Assembly (NCBI GenBank): GCA_964525635.1
Contig: CAZGJX010000032.1
Location: forward strand, 1 to 36,785
Direction of reading: 5' to 3'
DNA from: an uncultured archaeon
Lineage (GTDB): Archaea; Asgardarchaeota; Lokiarchaeia; Sigyniarchaeales; SOKP01
DNA length: 36,785 nt
In this document: in pieces, positions 1 through 9,983 of the stretch
How the letters are laid out: the number at the start of each line of letters is the position of its first letter
How positions within the stretch are numbered: the first letter of the stretch is position 1
Made by a program: the position numbers and the translations under genes
Notes under the pieces: model-generated
Database searches by the model: none
The model's input: only the letters and a program-made list of their open reading frames with translations
What the model was told of the DNA's origin: nothing

Positions 1-543
1 TTACAATTGTTGAGATATGTTTCTATAAAAATGATACTTATTTTCATCTCCTAACCGAGATTTCGCACCCCTGCAAGATATTTCTAACTATTTTTTCCTA
101 TTGCCATTAAAGATGCGTAAATGTTTGCCAGGTCTCTCCTTTATCCTTTCATATTTTTACCAAAGATGAATGATTCTGCATAAATTGGTTGTGACAATGT
201 AACACACATGGCAGAGTCATCATCCCAAACACAAAAAGGCATACCTTTTTCTTAAGAATTCTGCAAGATCAGAGAGAAATGTAAAAATTAATTCATTTTT
301 TTTTTTTGGTAATATTAAAATAACATTTTCAATAATTTCGTATTATATACACTCAGATTTACTGTGTAAAAAATTTTTTTTACCCGTAATTATATTTTAC
401 TTATGAAAAAATCAAGGATTCCACACTTATTACCTAAAAAATATAAATTTATATGGTTAAATTCTTCTTTATTACTCAAGACAAAAAATTTAACTTTAAT
501 GAATTTTTAATATAATTTGAAAAGTCCTTTTTTTTAAAAAAAA

Positions 544-1008
544 ATGTCAGAAAAAGATTTTATTTGGGCTATAAAAATAGATTGGCTTAATGTTCTTAGT
601 GAACTAGAAATGAGTTCAATTAATGAAATTCCTGAATATAAAAGACAAAAAGCAATTAAATCCATTACAAAGATCTTTGGTACAGAAGAATTATTATCTT
701 TTAAACCTAAAAAAATAGATAAAATTGTTGCGAATGAACTAAAAGAATTAATGAAAAAAGAATTAATTTCAAGGAAAAGACAAGAAGATAAATTACAGGA
801 TCAAATTAACAGTAATATAATTCCTTTAAAAGACGGTGGAATAATGAGGATAAATATAAATGATTTGAAAGACCTAAATTTGGATGGAAATCCAGAAGAT
901 ATTGTTAAATATTTCTACAAGAAATTTCTTAATAAAGACAAGGATAAAGATAATAAGGATGATGACAAGGATAAAGTCCAAGAAGATAACACAGGTTATT
1001 ATATATAA
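544..1008 (+). CDS. Hypothetical protein with K/D low-complexity C-terminal tract
   Basis: 154-aa ATG ORF with genome-typical composition; KDKDKDNKDDDKDK tract, ends TGYYI; no family recognised. Confidence 0.75.
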   Translation: MSEKDFIWAIKIDWLNVLSELEMSSINEIPEYKRQKAIKSITKIFGTEELLSFKPKKIDKIVANELKELMKKELISRKRQEDKLQDQINSNIIPLKDGGIMRININDLKDLNLDGNPEDIVKYFYKKFLNKDKDKDNKDDDKDKVQEDNTGYYI

Positions 1009-1140
1009 ATTATAGTCTTTTTTTAAATATTAAAACAAATTTTATCTCTAAAATTCATACATTTAGAGTACTATTGCTATTTCTTAAATTAATCTAATGA
1101 ATATTCTAAATTTAAAATGGATAAAAAATAAAAGTTAAAA

Positions 1141-2568
1141 CTATTTACTTTTTTTCTTTTTAGAATCTATCCTCTTAATAATAAGTGAATCTGCATGAAT
1201 TTTACAATTCTTAAGAATAATTTTAAATCCTCCAATTCCTCCTACTCCTGGGAGAGTCATTGATTGTGTACCTATTGGAATCATCGTGCCTTTTTCTTCA
1301 TATTCTTCTTCATCTTCTTCTTCCTCTACTTCAATCCATGTTTTTGCAATAGGATGTTGATTCTCTTTTAACCAACTCTTTAAATTATTTATATCAGACA
1401 CTTCATTTTCAGTAGCAATTTTATCAACACAATCTTTAGGTATAAACTCTCTCAACCTTTCTTTCAAGCCACTATTCATCCATACGACTAATTCAATTCC
1501 ATTATCGAATCCTACTTGTTTAGCATCATATTGCTGGAATTTTGGACTTGAGATATATTGTAGGCTTATCCCATTGAAGCCAGCCATCTGTTTTCCTCCC
1601 CCCGTTTGATTAGCCATGGCTGAAAACGCGAGGCCATTTATTGCTAAAGAATCTGCATTTCGATCGATAATACCATGACCGTTTACCTCAGGAATAAAAA
1701 AGTCTATTGCCTCAAAACACCCGCATGATGTATGTGGGTATTCCATTCCACTATATAGATAGATTCTATCTATCTCTCCCAAAGATCGTTTTCTCATTGT
1801 CTCATTTATTCCAACATATTCACCTGCTATTTCATTTATGCATTCTTTAGGAGGTATTTCAAAAAGAGGTCCTTTTGGATCGACTTTTGCTGCCGCTCTT
1901 GCATCAAACCAATTAATAGAACCACATAAGCTTGTTCTATCTGGAGTTATACAACAAACATGAGTTGGAGCAAAACTTTGACAGAGAACACATCCATAAA
2001 ACATATCTACATCACTATCATGTAATCCTCGCGCCCGTTCATCTCTTTTACTATATACTTCTAACGCCATCTTGTAAGATTTTTCAATATATTTTTCTTC
2101 TGTAGAGAATGTAACTTGGCATTTCTCTATTATAGGTAGTTCTGCTTTAAATAATCGAATTAATACTGATCCCATCATATTAAATGAATTAAAACCTTTT
2201 GAAATAGCTGTTTTAGAAATTCTCATCCAATTAGTATATCTTTGGTTAAGATGCATTACTCCATTTATAAAATTGCAAAATTCATGAATTCTTCTCTCAA
2301 AAACGGCTTCTAAATCTTCTTCAAGTTGCTTTCCAGCAACTTCGACTAAAATACCAATAGGATGTCGAGAACCTTCTTCCATATCCTTCAGATCAAGTCC
2401 ATGAAGTATTACTTTTCCATCTTCAATATCCTTGGCATTTCTTACTCTCACTAATTCAAAATGCTTTTCTATTTTGGGTCCGCCAAGTTCTACATACATT
2501 TGATTAGATCGAATTCGTTCTCCCTCGTAAACTGGGCCAACATCCACGGGAATATCAGAAAAACTCAT
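1141..2568 (-). CDS. cdhC: Acetyl-CoA decarbonylase/synthase (ACDS) complex beta subunit (acetyl-CoA synthase)
   Basis: PVDVGPVYEGERIR N-terminus, VFERRIHEFCNFINGVMHLNQR, A-cluster cysteine motifs YGCVLCQSFAPTHVC and HTSCGCFE, acidic linker plus C-terminal FKIILKNCKIHAD segment. Confidence 0.96.
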   Translation of the reverse strand: MSFSDIPVDVGPVYEGERIRSNQMYVELGGPKIEKHFELVRVRNAKDIEDGKVILHGLDLKDMEEGSRHPIGILVEVAGKQLEEDLEAVFERRIHEFCNFINGVMHLNQRYTNWMRISKTAISKGFNSFNMMGSVLIRLFKAELPIIEKCQVTFSTEEKYIEKSYKMALEVYSKRDERARGLHDSDVDMFYGCVLCQSFAPTHVCCITPDRTSLCGSINWFDARAAAKVDPKGPLFEIPPKECINEIAGEYVGINETMRKRSLGEIDRIYLYSGMEYPHTSCGCFEAIDFFIPEVNGHGIIDRNADSLAINGLAFSAMANQTGGGKQMAGFNGISLQYISSPKFQQYDAKQVGFDNGIELVVWMNSGLKERLREFIPKDCVDKIATENEVSDINNLKSWLKENQHPIAKTWIEVEEEEDEEEYEEKGTMIPIGTQSMTLPGVGGIGGFKIILKNCKIHADSLIIKRIDSKKKKSK

Positions 2569-2620
2569 ATTTTTAATCTCTCAATTTTTAAATTATTATT
2601 TTTTTATACTCTAACTTTAA

Positions 2621-3151
2621 TTATAGATTTTCAATTAATATTTCTAAATATTTTTTCCATTCAGAATTACTTAAATTTGGTAAACTAAATCTTGCATTTG
2701 GATGAGAATATTTGTCTAATTCTATTATTCGCACCCAATTAGTGAAATTCTTTAGTCTACTAAGTGTTTGACTACTATAAAATACAAGATGACCACCAAA
2801 AATAGCCATTTCATATTGACCTTCATTATCCAATCCAGTCCAATCTTTATCAGATAATCTATCTGTGATATTAATAAGGGACATGTCATATAATTTCTGT
2901 TTATCTATTTTTTCTTTCAAATATTTATAAACATGTCCTGTAGCAATTATATGACTATTTATCTTATTTGCGATCTCTATAAAATAATCTACAACTTTCT
3001 TCTTGTTGAGTTCCCAATTTAATGACTCAGATCCAATAACAAAAACCTTTTTTTTTGGTGATTTTAATATATTTGCCATTACTTTTGGATCACTGACAGT
3101 AATTCCCATTTCTGGACCGGGAATGTTAGCTTTTTGATATGGTCTTGCCAT
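2621..3151 (-). CDS. cdhB: ACDS complex epsilon subunit (CO dehydrogenase small subunit)
   Basis: PYQKANIPGP N-terminus, L.DKDWTGLD..GQY, YSSQTLSRLKNF, DKYSHPNARFSLPN; immediately upstream of cdhC. Confidence 0.9.
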   Translation of the reverse strand: MARPYQKANIPGPEMGITVSDPKVMANILKSPKKKVFVIGSESLNWELNKKKVVDYFIEIANKINSHIIATGHVYKYLKEKIDKQKLYDMSLINITDRLSDKDWTGLDNEGQYEMAIFGGHLVFYSSQTLSRLKNFTNWVRIIELDKYSHPNARFSLPNLSNSEWKKYLEILIENL

Positions 3152-3384
3152 AAGATTTCATCTTAAAATTTTTATTATATTTTTTTTCAAATAAAACAAA
3201 GTTTATTCTTATTTCTATTTTATCGTAAATAACTTAAAAAAATTGTTTTTATATCATTTCATATAAAATATTATTTGAATAAATTCTAATCTTTATGCAT
3301 TATTAAAGATAATTAAAAAAAAAGAAAAATAAAAAAAATAGAATATATTTATCCTAATAACAAAAAGATAAAAGTAAATTAGAT

Positions 3385-3681
3385 ATGTGTGAATTTAAAA
3401 TATTAGATGAAAGTAATTCAGAATTAGCAGAAGAAATAGTTATTTTGTCATATTCAGAAGAAAAAAAACTTCAGCTAAAAGATATCCTTGGAATTACAAA
3501 AGAATATGACTCTGCATTAATATATAATGTTGATACTTTAGACCAAACATGCAACATCATTCAACATCCCATTGTTAAACCCTTTATTGAACTTATTGAT
3601 AAAATTGTGAATAAAACTATAAATGAGAACAATATCAATGAGTTTAAATTAAAAATAGATAATTTAAAACAAGAGTTATAA
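3385..3681 (+). CDS. cooT: CooT-family nickel-binding protein with C-terminal helical extension
   Basis: Met-Cys N-terminus (MCEF), L.DILG..K motif, I..VD segment; divergent from cdhBC. Confidence 0.7.
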   Translation: MCEFKILDESNSELAEEIVILSYSEEKKLQLKDILGITKEYDSALIYNVDTLDQTCNIIQHPIVKPFIELIDKIVNKTINENNINEFKLKIDNLKQEL

Positions 3682-3755
3682 ATAATAGATAAATAAAAAA
3701 AAAGATTCGACTTATATCTCCAAAAATTTAGAAGTACATTATGTTATCATACTTT

Positions 3756-4040
3756 TTACTTTGATGGTATAATTTCTATTTCAATAGAAGAAACATTACT
3801 CTTACTACCATCTTGATTAGAAAGTTCCTCTGTGAAAATACTTATATCTCCATAACTACTTCCTTTAGCAAATTTCTTTATAATTAATTCACTAACATCT
3901 ACAGCATGAGATATTGATCTTCCACGAGCAAGAATTTTAGTTGCTTTTCCTTCATTAAGTGAGGTCATGGCAGACATTACGTAATTCATACTACGTTTCT
4001 TACCAATGTATACATTAGAATTATCATCTAATTTAGTCAA
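3756..4040 (-). CDS. albA: DNA/RNA-binding chromatin protein Alba
   Basis: VYIGKK..MNYV, ILARGRSISHAVDVSE, NVSSIEI motifs; TTG start preceded by AGGTGA Shine-Dalgarno-like sequence on the minus strand. Confidence 0.93.
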   Translation of the reverse strand: MTKLDDNSNVYIGKKRSMNYVMSAMTSLNEGKATKILARGRSISHAVDVSELIIKKFAKGSSYGDISIFTEELSNQDGSKSNVSSIEIEIIPSK

Positions 4041-4289
4041 ATAATTTCACCTAACTTTTCTATTGTTTTGTCTTATTTTTTAAAACTCAATCTCTATATT
4101 TTGATTGAGTAAAGATTTATTTAATTATCATTAGATAATTATGTTAATAAACTAAAAGTCTGATTTAAAGATTATGAATTTTAAAAGGATCCTATTCTTT
4201 ATATATTAAAGTTTAGATAATTCATTTTTATAAAAGAATAAAAAGAGAAAAATATTGGAATTTCTAATAAATTAATATAATTTATCACC

Positions 4290-6377
4290 ATGAATGCTGA
4301 GAATTTACCTTATGATCAAAAAAAAAATGTTATAATCAAAAAAGATTTAAAAAAAGTATCAAATCTTAAAAAAACCTTTAATATAATTAATCAACATTTA
4401 TATGGTAAATTAAAATATACAGATACAGATACAAGAACTCGATCAAAAGAGATTATTAATCTTCTATTTTGTAAACTTGTTGATGAAATATCGAAAAGTC
4501 CAGAAGAACCTGTAGAATTTTGTATTAAGAATAATGAAACAGAAGAAATACTTTTTGAAAGAATTAACTTATTTTTTCAAAAAAAAGTCAAAGAGATATA
4601 TCAAGAAATTATAGAATTTAAGGAAAGAATAAATCTAAATAAAGATTTACTATACATTATAGTTCAAGAATTACAATATATATCACTAGTTCAATCGTCT
4701 AAAGATGTAATAAGTGATGCTTTTGAAATATTCGTTAGTAAAATTTTAAAAGATGAGGGAGGTCAGTTTTTTACACCTTCAAATATCATAAAGTTTATGG
4801 TCAATTATTTAAATCCTGTTCCCCATGATAGGATTTTAGATCCTGCATGTGGACATGGAGGTTTCTTATTAGAATGTAAGGATTATTTATGGTCTAAAAT
4901 AGATTCAGAACAAAAGAAAATTAAGATAATATCTAATTTATATGGAATTGATAAAGATTTATTTCTTTCTAAAATATGTAAACTTCATTTAGAAATATTG
5001 AGCAATGGTTTATCTAATATTTTCTGTGAAGATTCTTTAGATCCTACAAATTATCATTCTAAATTAAGGAATATGAATATTGAGAATCAATTTGATATTA
5101 TTCTCACAAATCCACCATTTGGAACAAAAATTCCAATCAATAATAAAAACATATTAAAAATTTATAAACTAGGTCATGTTTGGGAGAATATATTAAATAA
5201 TAAATGGGAAATGAGAGATAATTTGCATAAAAAGCAATCCCCACAGGTATTATTCATAGAGAGATGTATTCAATTACTTAAAGACGGAGGTAAATTAGGT
5301 ATAGTTTTACCTGAGGGTATTTTTGGAAATCCTTCTGATAGATATATTTGGGAATATTTAGAACAAAATGGAAAGATTTTGGGAATTATATCCTTAGATC
5401 AGAACTCGTTTCAGCCGTTTACCTGCAATAAGACTAGTATATTGTTTTTTCAGAAATTAAAATCTATTCCTGAGGATTATCTAATAGATTTCGCTATTAT
5501 AGATAATGTTGGACATGATAAAGATGGTAAAATTTGTTACAAATTAAATAAAGATGGCAGTAAAAAGACCAATGCAGAAGGAAAATCATCAATCAATGAT
5601 GATCTAATAAAATTACATCTTAAAATCAATGAAAGTGAGGAATTCAATTATCTGAAAGATCAAAAAATATTTAAAATAAATTTATCTAAAATAAAAGATA
5701 AAATTTACATACCTAATTATTATATTGGTGTGGAAAAAAATCTAAAAAAGCTAACTGATAATTCTAATTTCACTTTATTATCAATCCAAGATTTAATTGA
5801 TAGAAAGATCATTTTTGTAAATAAAAATGGATATCTACCAAGAGGGGATGAGATTGGATCACATGTATATGGTTTCGGAGATATTCCATTTATTAGAACT
5901 AGTGAAATATCAAATTGGGATATAAACCTTAATTCTAATAAAAAAACTTCTGAAGAAATATATAATAAATATAGACAAAAACAAAATATTGAGGTCGGGG
6001 ATATTCTTTTAGTTAAAGATGGTGGTTCTAACTTAATTGGGCAAACAGGTTTTGTAACAGAACTAGATAAAAAAATAATTATCCAGAGTCATATATATCA
6101 AATAAAAACTTTGGAAAATGGTGAAGCTATTGATGAGTATTTATTATTATATCTCTTGAATCTTAATATTGTTCAAAAGCAGATTCAGGCAATAACTTTC
6201 GTTCAAGGAACCATAGCAACAATTGGAAATAGGATTAAACAGGTAAAATTACCATTTCCCACGAATATTAACAAAAGAAAAGAGATTTCTAATTATATAA
6301 AAACTATGATAAAGAAAAAAACTGATATAAGAAGAGAGATTTTAAATTTGAACATCGATTCATTTTCGAATATTTAA
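4290..6377 (+). CDS. N6-adenine DNA methyltransferase (HsdM-like) fused to one HsdS-like target-recognition domain
   Basis: GQFFTP, motif I ILDPACGHGGFL, motif IV ILTNPPFG, LFIERC..LLK.GG..GIVLPEG; C-terminal IPFIRTSEI...VGDILLVKDG typical of HsdS TRDs. Confidence 0.88.
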   Translation: MNAENLPYDQKKNVIIKKDLKKVSNLKKTFNIINQHLYGKLKYTDTDTRTRSKEIINLLFCKLVDEISKSPEEPVEFCIKNNETEEILFERINLFFQKKVKEIYQEIIEFKERINLNKDLLYIIVQELQYISLVQSSKDVISDAFEIFVSKILKDEGGQFFTPSNIIKFMVNYLNPVPHDRILDPACGHGGFLLECKDYLWSKIDSEQKKIKIISNLYGIDKDLFLSKICKLHLEILSNGLSNIFCEDSLDPTNYHSKLRNMNIENQFDIILTNPPFGTKIPINNKNILKIYKLGHVWENILNNKWEMRDNLHKKQSPQVLFIERCIQLLKDGGKLGIVLPEGIFGNPSDRYIWEYLEQNGKILGIISLDQNSFQPFTCNKTSILFFQKLKSIPEDYLIDFAIIDNVGHDKDGKICYKLNKDGSKKTNAEGKSSINDDLIKLHLKINESEEFNYLKDQKIFKINLSKIKDKIYIPNYYIGVEKNLKKLTDNSNFTLLSIQDLIDRKIIFVNKNGYLPRGDEIGSHVYGFGDIPFIRTSEISNWDINLNSNKKTSEEIYNKYRQKQNIEVGDILLVKDGGSNLIGQTGFVTELDKKIIIQSHIYQIKTLENGEAIDEYLLLYLLNLNIVQKQIQAITFVQGTIATIGNRIKQVKLPFPTNINKRKEISNYIKTMIKKKTDIRREILNLNIDSFSNI

Positions 6378-6593
6378 TGAATATGTGAAGATATTTTAAA
6401 ATATGTATAAAATTATAGCAAAAGATCTTTTTGATAATTTTCCTATTTTAAAGAATGAAGAAATAGTTATTTTTTATTTAATATATAATAATTCAGATTA
6501 AATGAAAGCAGAAATAGTTTTGTTCTGAAAACCTTAAATTCCTAAATTTAGATAATGAGTTAAATATTTATTAATGAAGAATATTGTAGATTT

Positions 6594-7925
6594 ATGGAAA
6601 TTTTTTTAAAGAGAGCACAGAACCCTTTTAGAGAAAAGATTGGAGAGGAAAAAACCCAAGCTATCTTTCAAGAATTAAAAAAAATTCTCAGTTTGATCCC
6701 TGTAGAATTTTCTGAAACCATAGGATCAGAGATTCCAAGATTATTGTTTAAATATTCTCAAAACCTTCAAAATTTATCGAATGAATCAATTGAAGGAATA
6801 TTAACTCATTTCTTAGTGTTTTCATTAGCTATAAACGATCTTGCAAATCAAAATCTCAAACAAGTAAATCAAAAGATATTGAATAGAAGTAAATCAAAAT
6901 TACGGAATTTATCAGATCTTCTAAATAATTTTATAGAAGAATCAAAAAAAGGAAATATTATCGAAAAATCAGGAAGGTTTGAAGATATACTTAATTTTAT
7001 GGTTGGCGGAACAAAAGAAGTAACTCAATTGGATGAATTTACTTTATTTATAAAAAGAGCCTCTGACAATTTTAGGAATAAGTTAGAAGAAGAATATATT
7101 CAAAATTTTTCTGAAGATTTTTATCAAGCATTGAATAATATTGATAACAATCTTAAAGGAACCATAGATTCAAAGTTATCTAAATATCTTTTTAAATTCT
7201 CTCAAGATATATCTCGAATAAAATCTGATGAATTGAAAAATGTATTAAATACTCATTTATTATTTGCTAAATCACTTGGAAATCTTAAAGGGAAAAATAA
7301 AAAGCAATTAGACCAAGAAGTTATGAGAAGAAGTAAGAATGAATTAAATGGATTATTCGATTTATTTAAAACTTTCTTGGTAAAAATAAAAGAGAAAAAG
7401 TTTACGGAAGTAGTTGAAAATATAGATCAAATCATTGATTTTGTTCTTGGTTCTGAAAAAAAACATGTTCAATTTACAGACGTAGGTGGATTTCTAAAAA
7501 GAGTTGAAGATAAATATGCTAGAATTTTAGGAGAAATTAAAGCTCAAACATTAATTGATAATTTATTACAAGCACTCTCAGAAATTCCTGAAATTCATGG
7601 CTCTTATTTAGCTTCAGACATCTCACGATATTTGACTAAATATTCTGAGACAATGAATAATCTAGAATCAAAAGAAATCGAACAAACTATATTAAGATCA
7701 CTAATTTTTTCAAATTCTTTAAAAGAACTTGGCGATTTAAATAGAGAGGAAATAAATCAATTTATAATAAATCGTTCAAAACGTAAAATTCGTGGTTTAT
7801 TTGACCTATACAAACTATTTTTGGAGACTAATAAACCTATCTTTATAAAATCAAAAAATCCTAGCTTTGATGAAATTATTGAATACAGTCTTGGGAAATA
7901 TGAAGGACCTAAAACTATTGAAGAA
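6594..7925 (+). repeat. Three diverged in-frame repeats of 148 codons (444 bp)
   Basis: Gap-free alignment of F.KR, L.K(Y/F)S, RSK..(L/I)..L.DL...F and (F/I)..I..(F/Y)..G motifs at constant 148-aa spacing. Confidence 0.9.
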
Positions 7926-9713
7926 GCAAGTAATATTCATGATTTATTAGTAGAATATCATGAAATAATTCCTTTATCTGAAGAACATTCTCGATGGGCT
8001 GATGCTATTAATATTATATTAACTCGATATATCGAAATCCTCCCAAATGAAGAGGGAGATCAAATTTTAGACCAACTTTGGAACAAAACTTATCCAGAAA
8101 ATAAAATAAATGGAGATTTTCAAGAAAAAATTATTGAGCTTCCAAGAGAAGATGAAAAAAAATTTATGTTTAGGATTATGAATTTATTGACAAGGCCTAT
8201 TTTAAAAAACAAGAATTCTGATAATGCTTTAACTGGTTCCGTAGCATTTGTAATTTTAGGAAGAATACTTCTTGAAATATATAGCGGACGTAATCCAATG
8301 ATCCGTGCAATTAAAGTAAATCAATTATTAAAAGATAGGAAATTTGCTGATTCTGAAAAAAAACACACAATTGATGATCACATAAATAGTATAATTAAAG
8401 AAGACCTAAATGCAATAAAAAAGAGAACAATGATAGTTAGATCTATAATTCCCATTCTTACATTAAAAGGATTTTATATTCAAACTTATGATATTAATAG
8501 AAAAAAATATCCTGAGATAATCGTAGATATGTTTAAGGATGTAAGTCCCCTCGAAAGTATAGGAAAAGAATATTTAAAAACCCAGAAACGTATTAATACT
8601 TTAGGAAATATAAATACGATCTATTATTATATTGATTTAGTTAAAAAATTTGATAAGTATTTCTTTAAAGAAGCAGAATCAGTTCCATTAGATTCTGTTA
8701 AAAAGAGAGGAATATTGAATGAATATTTTAAAGCACTTTTTGATTTATACGACAATTTAGAAATTAACAAATATTATGAGCATGATATTATTGCTTCTGA
8801 TCGCTTGATATATATCTATTTAATGAAGTATTTGTATGAGCCTTCAAAGAGTTGTTTTGACCTTATTGAAAAATTCCTTGAAGAAAATCAAGATTATGTA
8901 AAAGTTAAATCTATGGATTATTATCTAAGTCAAATAAAACAGAAAGAAAGTAAAATGGGGATTGATCAACTAAATGAAGATATACAAAACGCAACTTCAG
9001 AAGGATTTGAAGAGGATTCTGAGAAATTATTAAGATTAAAAAAAATGCTTGAACAGCAAAAACTAGATATTACAAGGTTCCGTTTTATGAATGATCTTTT
9101 TAATGAAGCTAAGGAAGTTAGACCAATTTTAGAATCTAGAATAATTTTCGGTAAGACTTTATTTACTTTTTTAGATATTATAAAGAATATTAATAGAAAT
9201 CTCTCTGCGATTTTTCATGATTATTTAATTAATCTATTAGAATTCTCAAACGAAATTGACAAGACTTTAAATAAAGTCCAAAAATTAAGAACGAAAAAAT
9301 TAATTTCACCTTCTGAATACTATGAAATAAATCAAGCAACTGAAATGTCAAAGAATAAATTAACAGAATTAGCTACAGATGAGAATTTTACAAATCATGT
9401 TAAGAGGATGGTAGAAGCATATGATAATAATGTATTATATAGTGAATATATTGAAGAATCAATTTTAGAAGAAGATAATGGTGAAACTATTGAAGAAATT
9501 AATCCATTGGAAAAATATTATAATAAATATTATGAAGAATTGACTGCAGTACCCTCAACAAATTCATTTAATAAATTTATGGAAGCATTTAATTTTTGGG
9601 TAAAAGATGAGATATTACCAGTAACTTATAATAAAGCAGAACAGATGCTATTGAATCTAATTTTTAAAAAGATAAATAAGAAATATTTATCAGAACTTAC
9701 ATCATTAGAATGA
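6594..9713 (+). CDS. Large alpha-helical hypothetical protein with three N-terminal 148-aa tandem repeats
   Basis: 1039-aa ORF; F(L/I)KR at residues 4/152/300 and RSK at 98/246/394; no catalytic motif seen. Confidence 0.85.
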   Translation: MEIFLKRAQNPFREKIGEEKTQAIFQELKKILSLIPVEFSETIGSEIPRLLFKYSQNLQNLSNESIEGILTHFLVFSLAINDLANQNLKQVNQKILNRSKSKLRNLSDLLNNFIEESKKGNIIEKSGRFEDILNFMVGGTKEVTQLDEFTLFIKRASDNFRNKLEEEYIQNFSEDFYQALNNIDNNLKGTIDSKLSKYLFKFSQDISRIKSDELKNVLNTHLLFAKSLGNLKGKNKKQLDQEVMRRSKNELNGLFDLFKTFLVKIKEKKFTEVVENIDQIIDFVLGSEKKHVQFTDVGGFLKRVEDKYARILGEIKAQTLIDNLLQALSEIPEIHGSYLASDISRYLTKYSETMNNLESKEIEQTILRSLIFSNSLKELGDLNREEINQFIINRSKRKIRGLFDLYKLFLETNKPIFIKSKNPSFDEIIEYSLGKYEGPKTIEEASNIHDLLVEYHEIIPLSEEHSRWADAINIILTRYIEILPNEEGDQILDQLWNKTYPENKINGDFQEKIIELPREDEKKFMFRIMNLLTRPILKNKNSDNALTGSVAFVILGRILLEIYSGRNPMIRAIKVNQLLKDRKFADSEKKHTIDDHINSIIKEDLNAIKKRTMIVRSIIPILTLKGFYIQTYDINRKKYPEIIVDMFKDVSPLESIGKEYLKTQKRINTLGNINTIYYYIDLVKKFDKYFFKEAESVPLDSVKKRGILNEYFKALFDLYDNLEINKYYEHDIIASDRLIYIYLMKYLYEPSKSCFDLIEKFLEENQDYVKVKSMDYYLSQIKQKESKMGIDQLNEDIQNATSEGFEEDSEKLLRLKKMLEQQKLDITRFRFMNDLFNEAKEVRPILESRIIFGKTLFTFLDIIKNINRNLSAIFHDYLINLLEFSNEIDKTLNKVQKLRTKKLISPSEYYEINQATEMSKNKLTELATDENFTNHVKRMVEAYDNNVLYSEYIEESILEEDNGETIEEINPLEKYYNKYYEELTAVPSTNSFNKFMEAFNFWVKDEILPVTYNKAEQMLLNLIFKKINKKYLSELTSLE

Positions 9714-9983
9714 AAAATATAAGTAATTATTAAAATTTAACAAATATCCAATAATACTCTAAGTCATTATTTCTTTTTCTGTTTCTATTTAATTTATATA
9801 TTTTCTATTTAATCTCATGAAGAAAAAAGCCATTATTGTTATAAAAAGAAAAAGATAATTATTAAAATATAAAAAAAACTAAAATTAGAAAAAGCAGAAT
9901 ATCCAAAATTTTTCGTATATTTTAATTTATAGTTTATATTAACCTAATTAAAGTTAACAAAAAAAAATCTTAATACTAATAAA

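Noticed and set aside
1-300. Minus-strand protein-like fragment (MPFCVWDDDSAMCVTLSQ...) faintly like the ADP-ribosylglycohydrolase W.DD..M motif
   Set aside because: The frames I read are interrupted by stops and the match is too short to call
2461-2688. 75-aa plus-strand ORF
   Set aside because: Antisense shadow overlapping cdhC and cdhB
9711-9722. TGA stop of the 1039-aa gene as possible selenocysteine codon
   Set aside because: A TAA follows after two codons, there is no redox motif and no SECIS was recognised
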